Of a stretch of DNA of 59,215 nucleotides, positions 26,065 to 34,515 are shown piece by piece. Under the pieces are notes generated by a model. That model did no database searches. It saw nothing but the letters and a program-made list of their open reading frames with translations, and was not told the origin of the DNA. Each line of letters opens with the position of its first letter. Position 1 is the first letter of the stretch. Made by a program: the position numbers and the translations under genes. The DNA comes from an uncultured Gammaproteobacteria bacterium (GTDB lineage Bacteria; Pseudomonadota; Gammaproteobacteria; Xanthomonadales; Xanthomonadaceae). Location of the stretch: positions 1 to 59,215 of the forward strand of contig CBIHRR010000001.1 in assembly GCA_966212495.1 (NCBI GenBank). Reading direction: 5' to 3'.

Positions 26065-26547
26065 ATGAACCGCGTGCTTGCTGCCGGACTCCTCCTGTTC
26101 GCGGGCGCCGGGCTGCAGGCGTGCTGTTTCCGCAGTTGCGAGCCGGTCGACGCCGGTGATGCGATGGGCGCGACGAGCGCCGCGGCCGCGGCTCCGCTCG
26201 CGATCACCGACTGGGGGCCGCGCCGGACGCCGGCCGGTGTTGCATTCAACGTGCAGGACGCGGGCCGCGCGGCGGTCTGGATCCGGGTGGACCAGCCGCT
26301 GGACGGAAGCGACGTCCTGGTGCAGTTCGGCGATGCCTACCTCGCGGGCCAGGCAGCCGGCGGACTCGTGACGGCGATGGTGCCGCCCGAGTCGTACGCG
26401 CGCCCAGGCCGTTACGATGTGCGCGTGCTCGCGCGCAACCGGAGCGGGCGGCGGGACAGCAACACGGTCGTGTTCACCGTCGAGCAGGCGGCGGCGCATC
26501 GCAGCGGAGCCGGGCCGGGGCGCGGCCTGGCGCGCCGCGCGCCATGA
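26065..26547 (+). CDS. Hypothetical lipoprotein with Ig/TIG-like beta domain
   Basis: Lipobox LQAC; beta-rich C-terminal part (VTAMVP...PGRYDVRV...SNTVVFTV). Confidence 0.65.
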   Translation: MNRVLAAGLLLFAGAGLQACCFRSCEPVDAGDAMGATSAAAAAPLAITDWGPRRTPAGVAFNVQDAGRAAVWIRVDQPLDGSDVLVQFGDAYLAGQAAGGLVTAMVPPESYARPGRYDVRVLARNRSGRRDSNTVVFTVEQAAAHRSGAGPGRGLARRAP

Positions 26548-28531
26548 TCGGGTAGGCGCCGCAGGAAACCGCGTGCCAGCCCTGGGCGCGGAGCAGGGCT
26601 TCGATCTCGCCGGCCCACGGCGCTTCGCGCGCGAACACGACCGCCGACAGCCGATATCGGCGCACCGACGCAGCGAACCAGCGGTCCGCGCCCGGCGGGC
26701 GGTACTGGCCGCCGGCGTATCGCATCATGTTGCTGCGTTCCGCCGTTTCCCCCGGCGCGAACGCGAGGCTCAGGTACATCTGGCGGACGCCGATGATCCG
26801 CGGATGCACGACGAAGACCGGCAACCAGGTCGCCACCGCTTCCGGCGCGAGCACCGTCGCGCCTTCGGGCACCTCGTCGGCCAGCTTCTTCGCGACCGCG
26901 AATTCCACCGCCGGTACGTCGAGCGAAGGAAGGCCGAGCGTCACGGAATTGGCGCACAGCAGCGTGCCCGAGCGCGCACCGAACAGGACCGCGAGCGCGG
27001 CGAGCGAGGCGCACGCGCCGGTCGCCAGCGCCTTCGGCTTCGCCGAGATCGCGCGCCACGCGATGCCGTCGACGACCACCGCGAGGAAGACGGGGAGGGG
27101 CAAGGCCCACGCCAGCCGCCAGTACGTTTTTGCCCCGACCGACACGGCTGCGACGAAGGGTGTCGCATAGGGGTTGAGCGCGGCGAGCAGGAGGAAGAAG
27201 GCGCCCGCGGAGAAGTAGCGCGCCCGGCACGGATCGCGCACGAAGGACCATGCTGCAAGCAGGGCGACCAGCAGGAGCCGCGTGCTCCACGGGCCCCAGG
27301 CCTCCACGAGGATCCGGTACACGCCCGGCATCGGTTGCGGCGCCGGGGCGGCGAGCGCATGCGCGCCGTGCGTCCCCGTGCCGACCAGCCACGCGGCGCC
27401 GACGAGATAGGCGGCCGGCAACAAGCCGAGCAGGAAACGACGGCTGCCCGCAATGCCCGGTGTCCACCCGCCGGCCAGGCCCAGTGCTGCCGCTGCCGGG
27501 GCCACGAACAGCGCGCTGGCGGCGAGGCCCAGCGCCGCGACCTGTGCAGCGGAGAGCAAGAGCCAGTGGCGCAAGCCGCCGTGGCGCGCAAAGTCGAGCG
27601 CCGCGCCCGCGATCACCGGCACCATGCACGTCGCCAGGATCGCCTTGCCATGGTGCATGTGCACGAACGCGAAGTTGCCGTAGGCTCGCGGTGCTTCGCC
27701 CAGCAACAACACGCACGCGAACAGGACCGGCAGGACGAAGGACCAGCGCGCCGGCACGATGCGTTGCAGCAGGTATGCCCACGCGAACACGCAAAGCGCG
27801 GCGAACAGCGGGGGGAGCACCAGGTAGGCGACCGCGAGGTGGTCGATGCCGGTGATGCGGGAAATCACGGCGACGAGGACGCCATGGTTGGCAAGCCGGT
27901 AGAAGGGCAGCAGGATCGGGATGTCCTCCAGCCGGTACAACGTGTCGTGCAACAGCACGGGTTGCTGCGGGAAGCGCAGCAGCGTCGCCGGGATGCTCAG
28001 GTAGAAGGCGTCATCCGCCGCCGGGCGGTGCGCCACGAGCGCGACGCAGGCGGCCGCGATGGCGACGCCGGGGAGAATCCACCCGGGTTGCGCGCGCGGG
28101 CGCGTGGAACCCGGGTCGTCGGGTTGCGCGCGCAGGTGCCATGCCCATGCCGCCAGGCTCGCCACCAGGCCTCCCCACCAGAAAGTGCGATAGGGCATGC
28201 CCGCCGACAGCAGGCCCACCCAGAGCATTGCCAGGCCCAGCGCGACGAGTGGAAGCGCGCGCCGTTCGCCGGTCGAGTCCTGAACCGGCGGTGGGGTTCG
28301 GGCGGCGCCCGCAAGCCGATCGTTCGGCGAAGCGGCGGGGTCGCGGAGGCGGAACCACCCGACCGTCGCCCCGATGGCGAGCAGGACCACGACCGGCAGG
28401 CCCCGCATCAGGGTGTCGAAGCCAGCCTGTCGTGCCACCACCAGGTGGCAGTAGAGCGTCCAGGTCGCGTAGGGCAGCACGAAGGCCGGAACGACGCGAT
28501 CCCACGCTTTCCCCTCGATCTCAAGCCTCAT
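26474..28531 (-). CDS. Polytopic membrane protein (DUF6077-like, possible GT-C fold)
   Basis: More than 12 hydrophobic segments, a PAADDAFY acidic motif after the early helices, and a soluble C-terminal domain. RBS GGAGGGGGAG before ATG 28531. Confidence 0.6.
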   Translation of the reverse strand: MRLEIEGKAWDRVVPAFVLPYATWTLYCHLVVARQAGFDTLMRGLPVVVLLAIGATVGWFRLRDPAASPNDRLAGAARTPPPVQDSTGERRALPLVALGLAMLWVGLLSAGMPYRTFWWGGLVASLAAWAWHLRAQPDDPGSTRPRAQPGWILPGVAIAAACVALVAHRPAADDAFYLSIPATLLRFPQQPVLLHDTLYRLEDIPILLPFYRLANHGVLVAVISRITGIDHLAVAYLVLPPLFAALCVFAWAYLLQRIVPARWSFVLPVLFACVLLLGEAPRAYGNFAFVHMHHGKAILATCMVPVIAGAALDFARHGGLRHWLLLSAAQVAALGLAASALFVAPAAAALGLAGGWTPGIAGSRRFLLGLLPAAYLVGAAWLVGTGTHGAHALAAPAPQPMPGVYRILVEAWGPWSTRLLLVALLAAWSFVRDPCRARYFSAGAFFLLLAALNPYATPFVAAVSVGAKTYWRLAWALPLPVFLAVVVDGIAWRAISAKPKALATGACASLAALAVLFGARSGTLLCANSVTLGLPSLDVPAVEFAVAKKLADEVPEGATVLAPEAVATWLPVFVVHPRIIGVRQMYLSLAFAPGETAERSNMMRYAGGQYRPPGADRWFAASVRRYRLSAVVFAREAPWAGEIEALLRAQGWHAVSCGAYPIMARGAPGRAPARLRCDAPPPARR

Positions 28532-28719
28532 GACTCCCCCTCCGCCTCCGTCCGCCTGCGGACGAAGGGCCGGCGCTCCCTTCCTGGCCCGTCGCGGCGT
28601 CGGTAGGTGCCCGAGGGGCGCGCCCCGGTTGTCGCGCAGGGGGCTACCGCCAGGCGGCAAGCCGTATGGAAACGGTTGCAGTTTCAGGTTGACAGGCGTT
28701 TACGGGCGGATGTCGAAAA

Positions 28720-28735
28720 TGTGACGCGCGTCACA
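28720..28735. promoter_or_regulatory. CRP/Clp-family binding site
   Basis: Perfect palindrome TGTGA-cgcgcg-TCACA with A-rich flanks, in an AT-rich divergent intergenic region. Confidence 0.75.
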
Positions 28736-28861
28736 AAAAATACCCCAAAAAGTGACGATTCCCCGATTGTTAAGAATTTGTGTACGCCATAAAGTCGCAA
28801 CTGTCCGGATCCGCCGGACAGCGGGCCGGGGGTCCGCACCATTTCTGGGGAATCACCTTTT

Positions 28862-31800
28862 ATGGCCAGCAAGTCTCTGCAACGGAGGCTCAAGCGCACC
28901 GCGCTCGCGCTCTCGCTCGGAATGTGTTTCGCAAGCGGCGTCTACGCCCAGTCCAACATCACCGGCAGCATCTTCGGCCAGGCGCCGGGGGCGGCAGGCG
29001 CGACCATCGTGGTCCAGAACCTGGACTCGGGCATGACCCGCACCATGCCGGTCGACGCCGACGGCCGCTACCGCATCACGTCGCTGCCCAACGGCCGCTA
29101 CAAGGTGACCCTGCAGAAGGACGGGCAGGACGTCGCGGTGCGTGAAAACGTGTCCGTCAGCATCGCCAGCGGCTCCGAAGTCTCGTTCGCCGTGGGCGGC
29201 GCCAATGCCGAAGCCACCAACCTGGGCGGTGTCACCATCGTCGGCAGCGCGGTTCCCGCCATCGACATCTCGCAGACCGACACCCGCACCGTGCTCACCG
29301 CGGAGCAGCTGAGCAAGATCTCGATCGGCCGCACGATCGCCGACGTGGCGATGCTCGCGCCGAGCGTGGTCCGCAGCGACAGCTACAGCGGCATCCCCAG
29401 CTTCGGCGGCTCTGCGGCGTCCGAGAACGCGTATTACATCAACGGCTACAACGTCACCAACCCCGTCTCGTCGGTCGGTTACAGCACGCTGCCGTTCGAC
29501 GCGATCGGCGAGCAGCAGATCCTCACCGGCGGCTACGGCGCGGAGTTCGGCCGCTCCACGGGCGGCGTGATCAACATCGTGACCAAGCGCGGCACCAACG
29601 AGTGGAAGGGCGGCGCGTACCTGTTCTGGACGCCGCAGGCCCTCGCGGGGACGCCGCGCGACATCTACTACGCCAACACCGGGTGGTACCCGATGACCGG
29701 CCCTGCGAAGCTCCCCAACGGCACCACGGTGGACGCGAGCACCCGCACGGTCGACCAGCGCACCGACGGCAGCCTCAGCCAGTACCGCCAGGACAACAAG
29801 AGCTGGACCACCACCCTCGGCGCCTGGGTCAGCGGTCCGCTGATGAAGGATCGCCTGTTCATCTACGCCAATGCCGAGCAGGAGCGGCGTCAGGGCACGG
29901 AAGTGCTGTCGACCCGCGTGTCGACGGGCGCGACCGCCAACCAGGGCTGGCGCGAGTACGAATTCAATCTGCCGCGCTGGACCACCAAGCTCGACTGGAA
30001 CCTCAACGACGACAACGTCCTCGAGTTGACCGCGATCCAGGACCGCAGCAAGACCGATTCGAGCCGCTATGCGTACAACTACGCCGACTTCACCCACGGC
30101 AACACGCTGACCGCGCATTCCACCGCGGACAACGATGCGCGCATGTACGTGGCCAAGTACACGGGCTACCTGACCGACGACCTGACGGTCTCGGCCCTGT
30201 ACGGCAGGCAGAAGATCACCCACAACGACATCACCGACGGCATCGACCCGAACTGCCCGCAGATCGTGGCCGCGACGCAGAACAAGGCGCCGGGCGTCAC
30301 CTACACGGCCGGCTGCCAGATCTCGACCAGCACGGCGTACCCGGTGACGCAGCCCGAGGAAAAGACCGACGGCTGGCGCCTCGACGTGACCTACCTGCTC
30401 GGCGACCACGAAATCCGCGTGGGCTATGAAGTCCAGAACGCGGAGGCCGCGATCCACAACGGCATGGCCGGCGGCGTGCGTTACACGTACGGCAGGACCA
30501 CCACGCCGACCTCGTCGGTCGACGCCTCGCTGGGCGTCGGCTCGCCCGCGTCCGCCAACGGCGGCGCGCTGGGCAACGCCGGCTATTACGTGCAGAAGCA
30601 GTTCCGCGCCGCGAACGCCGACCCGCGCGTCGAGCAGGCCTCGCAGTACGTCGAGGACCGCTGGCACGTGAGCGACAACCTGCTGCTGTCGCTGGGCCTG
30701 CGCAACGAGCAGTTCACCAACTTCGACGGCCTCGGCCGCCCGTACATCTCGCAGCGCCACCAGCTCGACCCGCGCATCGGATTCTCGTGGGACGTGCGCG
30801 GCGATTCCACGTTCAAGGTGTTCGGCAACGCCGGCAGCTACCACCTCGCGACGCCGAACCAGGCGGCCGTGCGTGGCGCCGCGGCGTCGCTCAACGCGTC
30901 GGAGTACTACACCTACACCGGCGTCGACGCCGCGACCGGCGCGCCGACCGGGCTGACCTTGATCCCGCTGACGCCGAACAACCCGGTGCAGTGCCCCGGC
31001 ACCAACATGGTGTCCTCCAACCTGGAGTGCAACACGGCCCCGGATCCGCTGACGACGACGGCCAAGAACCTGAAGTCGCACTACCAGTACGAGTACATCC
31101 TCGGCTTCGAGCACGCGTTCTCCGAGGACTTCGCCTGGGGCGCCAAGGCGACCTACCGCGACCTGATGAGCGCCATCGACGACGTCTGCGGCGTGCTGCT
31201 GCACGGCAAGTGCCTGAACGCCAACCCGGGCGAGACCAACACGTTCATCTTCAAGAACGCGGACGGCACCTACACCGAGGAGACGTTCACCGCCGAGGAA
31301 CTGGGCTTCCCGAAGCTCAAGCGCAAGTACTACGCGATCGACCTGTTCGCCGAGCATCCGTTCGGCAACCACTGGTACGGCAAGGTCGAGTACACGTTCT
31401 CGCGCAACTGGGGCAACACCGAAGGCCAGCTCGCCTCCGACCTGGACACGGGCGCCGGCGGCCAGGCCGACGTCGGCCGCACCCAGGACTGGGACCTGCC
31501 GCAGCTGATGGTGGGTGCGAACGGCCTGCTGCCGAACCACCGCAAGCACTACCTGAAGGCGTTCGGCTACTACCAGTGGACCGACGAGTGGCGCAGCGGC
31601 GCGACGCTGCTCGCGGCTTCGGGCCGCCCGCGGAACTGCACCAGCCACTATCCGACCGCTGACGCCGGCCTGTACTCCGGTGCGGCGTACTGGTTCTGCG
31701 GCCTGTCCGGCTCGGGCACGACACCGACGCTGCCGAATGGTTCGCCGCGCCCGGGCTATGCCCCGGCTGCCCCGGACTACGGCCCGTCGCCGCGCGGTTC

Positions 31801-32041
31801 GCACGGCACGGCGCCGTGGTCGATGCAGCTGAACCTGAACGTCGCGTACACCCCCCGCTGGGCGGACGGCAAGCTGACCCTCGGCGTGGACGTGCTCAAC
31901 GTGCTCGATCGCCAGGTGGCTGGCGCGTACAACCCGCGCTACGAAACCAGCACGCGCAACCAGCCGAACCAGTTCTACAACCAGGAGATCCAGATCTCGG
32001 CGCCGCGTTCGGTCCGGATCATGGCGCGCTACGACTTCTGA
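28862..32041 (+). CDS. Oar-like TonB-dependent receptor with N-terminal carboxypeptidase-regulatory-like domain
   Basis: Signal peptide. DADGRYRITSLPNGRYKVT N-domain. Plug ENAYYING...TGGYGAEFGRSTGGVINIVTKRG. Ends ARYDF. Confidence 0.92.
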   Translation: MASKSLQRRLKRTALALSLGMCFASGVYAQSNITGSIFGQAPGAAGATIVVQNLDSGMTRTMPVDADGRYRITSLPNGRYKVTLQKDGQDVAVRENVSVSIASGSEVSFAVGGANAEATNLGGVTIVGSAVPAIDISQTDTRTVLTAEQLSKISIGRTIADVAMLAPSVVRSDSYSGIPSFGGSAASENAYYINGYNVTNPVSSVGYSTLPFDAIGEQQILTGGYGAEFGRSTGGVINIVTKRGTNEWKGGAYLFWTPQALAGTPRDIYYANTGWYPMTGPAKLPNGTTVDASTRTVDQRTDGSLSQYRQDNKSWTTTLGAWVSGPLMKDRLFIYANAEQERRQGTEVLSTRVSTGATANQGWREYEFNLPRWTTKLDWNLNDDNVLELTAIQDRSKTDSSRYAYNYADFTHGNTLTAHSTADNDARMYVAKYTGYLTDDLTVSALYGRQKITHNDITDGIDPNCPQIVAATQNKAPGVTYTAGCQISTSTAYPVTQPEEKTDGWRLDVTYLLGDHEIRVGYEVQNAEAAIHNGMAGGVRYTYGRTTTPTSSVDASLGVGSPASANGGALGNAGYYVQKQFRAANADPRVEQASQYVEDRWHVSDNLLLSLGLRNEQFTNFDGLGRPYISQRHQLDPRIGFSWDVRGDSTFKVFGNAGSYHLATPNQAAVRGAAASLNASEYYTYTGVDAATGAPTGLTLIPLTPNNPVQCPGTNMVSSNLECNTAPDPLTTTAKNLKSHYQYEYILGFEHAFSEDFAWGAKATYRDLMSAIDDVCGVLLHGKCLNANPGETNTFIFKNADGTYTEETFTAEELGFPKLKRKYYAIDLFAEHPFGNHWYGKVEYTFSRNWGNTEGQLASDLDTGAGGQADVGRTQDWDLPQLMVGANGLLPNHRKHYLKAFGYYQWTDEWRSGATLLAASGRPRNCTSHYPTADAGLYSGAAYWFCGLSGSGTTPTLPNGSPRPGYAPAAPDYGPSPRGSHGTAPWSMQLNLNVAYTPRWADGKLTLGVDVLNVLDRQVAGAYNPRYETSTRNQPNQFYNQEIQISAPRSVRIMARYDF

Positions 32042-32073
32042 TCCACTTGTTGCATTTCCCGTAGGGACGGGGG

Positions 32074-32102
32074 GCCGCCGGCGAAAGCCGGCGGCTTTTT
32101 TT
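32074..32102 (+). terminator. Rho-independent terminator of the TBDR
   Basis: gccgccggc-gaaa-gccggcggc followed by T7. Confidence 0.9.
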
Positions 32103-32110
32103 CGTGAGGC

Positions 32111-32139
32111 TTGCAATGGAGGGCCCGCCCGCACATAAT
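32111..32139 (+). promoter_or_regulatory. sigma70 promoter of the tRNA-rimP-nusA-infB operon
   Basis: TTGCAA-N17-CATAAT, then a GC-rich discriminator, 11 nt before the tRNA. Confidence 0.75.
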
Positions 32140-32150
32140 TGCCGGCCTGC

Positions 32151-32227
32151 TGCGGGGTGGAGCAGTCTGGCAGCTCGTCGGGCTCATAACCCGAAGGTCG
32201 CAGGTTCAAATCCTGCCCCCGCTACCA
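32151..32227 (+). tRNA. Initiator tRNA-Met (CAT)
   Basis: Full cloverleaf with anticodon CAT, GGG/CCC anticodon stem, unpaired 1:72 (U/U) and encoded CCA. Occupies the metY-like position before rimP. Confidence 0.97.
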
Positions 32228-32244
32228 GCTTCGTGCTGGCGTTC

Positions 32245-32265
32245 AAGGCTCCTCGGAGCCTTTTT
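32245..32265 (+). terminator. Terminator after the tRNA
   Basis: aaggctc-ctcg-gagcctt followed by a T run. Confidence 0.7.
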
Positions 32266-32334
32266 CGTTTGCGCAAGCCGGGCCACGTGCGTCGTGCGTT
32301 TCGACGGCCACGCCGGAATCCAGCTGTATCGGAC

Positions 32335-32365
32335 AAAGGGGCCCGCCGGGCCCCTTTTTGTTTTT
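32335..32365 (+). promoter_or_regulatory. rimP leader attenuator hairpin
   Basis: aaaggggccc-gcc-gggcccctttt plus T tract, 10 nt before the rimP ATG. Position matches the known gammaproteobacterial rimP leader. Confidence 0.7.
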
Positions 32366-32374
32366 CGGAAACCG

Positions 32375-32902
32375 ATGACCGACAAGGCACAGGACATCGT
32401 CAAGCTGCTCGCCCCGACCGTCGGGTCGCTGGGCCTCGAACTGCTGGGCGCGGAATACCTGCCGTCGCCCGGCGGCGCGATGCTGCGGCTGTACATCGAC
32501 GTGCCGGCCGGCGAGGAGCGCCTGGTCGGCATCGAGGATTGCGAGGCGGTGAGCCGCGAAGTGTCCGCGCAGCTCGACGTCGAGGATCCGATCAGCAGCC
32601 AGTACACGCTGGAAGTGTCGTCGCCCGGGATCGACCGGCCGCTGTTCACGCCGGCGCAGTTCCAGCGTTACGCCGGCGAACAGGCCAAGGTCGGCCTGAA
32701 GCTGCCGCAGGACGGGCGCCGTCGCCTGCAGGGCCGGATCCTGCGCGTGGAAGGCGACACGATCGTGTTCGACGTCGACGGCACCGAATTCGCGGTCGCC
32801 GCCGGCAACATCGACAAGGCGCGCCTGGTCCCCGACTGGGTCGCCCTCGGCCTCGCCCCGGCCCCCAAGCCCGGCAAGGCCCCCGCAAACAAGAAGAAAT
32901 AG
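32375..32902 (+). CDS. rimP: Ribosome maturation factor RimP
   Basis: LRLYID...IEDCEAVSR...[14 protein letters not shown]. Confidence 0.95.
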   Translation: MTDKAQDIVKLLAPTVGSLGLELLGAEYLPSPGGAMLRLYIDVPAGEERLVGIEDCEAVSREVSAQLDVEDPISSQYTLEVSSPGIDRPLFTPAQFQRYAGEQAKVGLKLPQDGRRRLQGRILRVEGDTIVFDVDGTEFAVAAGNIDKARLVPDWVALGLAPAPKPGKAPANKKK

Positions 32903-32958
32903 CCGCTCCTGCACGTCGAAGCCAACGAATCTACAAAGTCTTCAGAGAGAAACCCGGA

Positions 32959-34470
32959 ATGAGCAAGGAACTGTTGCTGGTGGTGGATGCGGTCGCGGCC
33001 GAGAAGGGCGTGCCGGAATCCGTCATCCTCGAAGCGATCGAAGCCGCGCTGGCGTCGGCCGCGAAGAAGCGCTATCCCGAGCAGGACGTGCTGACGCGCG
33101 TCGCCGTGGACCCGAAGGACGGCAGCTACGAGACCTTCCGGCGCTGGGAAGTCGTCGCCGACGACGTGGTGATGGAATCGCCCGACCGCCAGGTGCGCCT
33201 GATGGACGCGCTCGACGAGAGCGAGGACGTCGAGGTCGGCGACTACATCGAGGAGCAGATCGAGAACCCGGACTTCGGCCGCATCGCCGCCCAGGCCGCG
33301 AAGCAGGTCATCGTGCAGCGCGTCCGCGAGGCCGAGCGCGCCCAGGTCGTGGACCAGTGGAAGGACCGCGTCGGCGAACTCGTCACCGGCGTGGTCAAGC
33401 GCGCCGAGCGCGGCAACATCTACGTCGACCTCGGCGGCAACGCCGAAGCCTTCATCCCGAAGGAAAAGGGCATCCCGCGCGACGTGCTGCGCGCCGGCGA
33501 CCGCGTGCGCGGCTACCTCTACGACGTGCGCAGCGAGATCCGCGGCCCGCAGCTGTTCATCAGCCGCGCCGCGCCCGAATTCATGATGGAGCTGTTCAAG
33601 CTCGAGGTGCCGGAAGTCGGCCAGGGCCTGGTCGAGATCAAGGCCTGCGCCCGCGACCCGGGCGACCGCGCCAAGATCGCGGTGCTTGCCTACGACACCC
33701 GCACCGATCCGATCGGCGCCTGCATCGGCATGCGCGGTTCGCGCGTGCAGGCGGTGTCGAACGAACTGAATGGCGAGCGCGTGGACATCGTGCTGTGGTC
33801 CGACAACCCGGCGCAGTTCGTGATCAACGCGATGGCCCCGGCCGAGGTGCAATCGATCATCGTCGACGAAGAGAAGCATTCGATGGACCTGGCCGTCGCC
33901 GAGGACAAGCTCGCGCAGGCCATCGGCCGCGGCGGCCAGAACGTGCGCCTCGCCAGCCGCCTGTCGGGCTGGCAGCTCAACGTGATGACGCAGGACCAGG
34001 TCACCGCCAAGTCCGAGGCCGAGCAGGACGCCGCGCGCGCGCTGTTCCAGGAGAAGCTCGAGGTCGACGAGGAAATCGCCGGCATCCTGGTCTCCGAAGG
34101 CTTCACCACCGTCGAGGAAATCGCGTACGTCCCGGTCGGCGAGCTACTCGCGGTCGAGGGCTTCGACGAGGACATCGTCGAGGAACTGCGCTCGCGCGCC
34201 CGCGACGCGTTGCTCAACGACGCGCTCGCGGTCGAGGAGGGCCTCGACGAGCACCAGCCCGAGGAGGACCTGCTGGGCCTCGAGGGCATGGACGAGGAGA
34301 CCGCGTTCGCGCTCGCCGCCCACGGCATCCGCACCGCGGACGACCTGGGCGAGCTCGGCGCGGACGAAGTAGTGGAGTTCGGCATCGAGGGGCTGGACGA
34401 AGCGCGCGCCGCTGCATTGATCCTGGCCGCGCGTGCCGAGGAAATCGCCCGCCTGGAGCGCGAGGGCTGA
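32959..34470 (+). CDS. nusA: Transcription termination factor NusA
   Basis: MSKELLLVVDAV, FGRIAAQAAKQVI, ACIGMRGSRV and AIGRGGQNVRLAS. Confidence 0.97.
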   Translation: MSKELLLVVDAVAAEKGVPESVILEAIEAALASAAKKRYPEQDVLTRVAVDPKDGSYETFRRWEVVADDVVMESPDRQVRLMDALDESEDVEVGDYIEEQIENPDFGRIAAQAAKQVIVQRVREAERAQVVDQWKDRVGELVTGVVKRAERGNIYVDLGGNAEAFIPKEKGIPRDVLRAGDRVRGYLYDVRSEIRGPQLFISRAAPEFMMELFKLEVPEVGQGLVEIKACARDPGDRAKIAVLAYDTRTDPIGACIGMRGSRVQAVSNELNGERVDIVLWSDNPAQFVINAMAPAEVQSIIVDEEKHSMDLAVAEDKLAQAIGRGGQNVRLASRLSGWQLNVMTQDQVTAKSEAEQDAARALFQEKLEVDEEIAGILVSEGFTTVEEIAYVPVGELLAVEGFDEDIVEELRSRARDALLNDALAVEEGLDEHQPEEDLLGLEGMDEETAFALAAHGIRTADDLGELGADEVVEFGIEGLDEARAAALILAARAEEIARLEREG

Positions 34471-34515
34471 GCCCCCGCGCGCCCACTGGTTAGAATCTAG
34501 GAAAACGGAACCCGA

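Noticed and set aside
28797..28826. GCAAC upstream of the TBDR as another ECF promoter
   Set aside because: There is no CAC/GAC-type -10 at 18-19 nt (it reads AGCGGGC) and no T-rich run after AAC.
28532..28861. Cobalamin riboswitch ahead of the TBDR, suggested by the B12-rSAMs
   Set aside because: No recognisable B12-box/core motifs, and the receptor is Oar-like rather than BtuB-like. An Rfam search would be decisive.
28853..32209. Very long antisense and alternate-frame ORFs (e.g. 28853-32209 -, 34144-37404 -, 6229-9360 -, 52319-55279 +)
   Set aside because: These are shadow ORFs expected at this high GC. They overlap well-supported genes, are Arg/Ala/Pro-rich and carry no family motifs.
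32151..32227. tRNA as the integration (att) site of the island
   Set aside because: The island lies 5' of the tRNA and its promoter. I saw no duplicated tRNA end near 4650 and no integrase.
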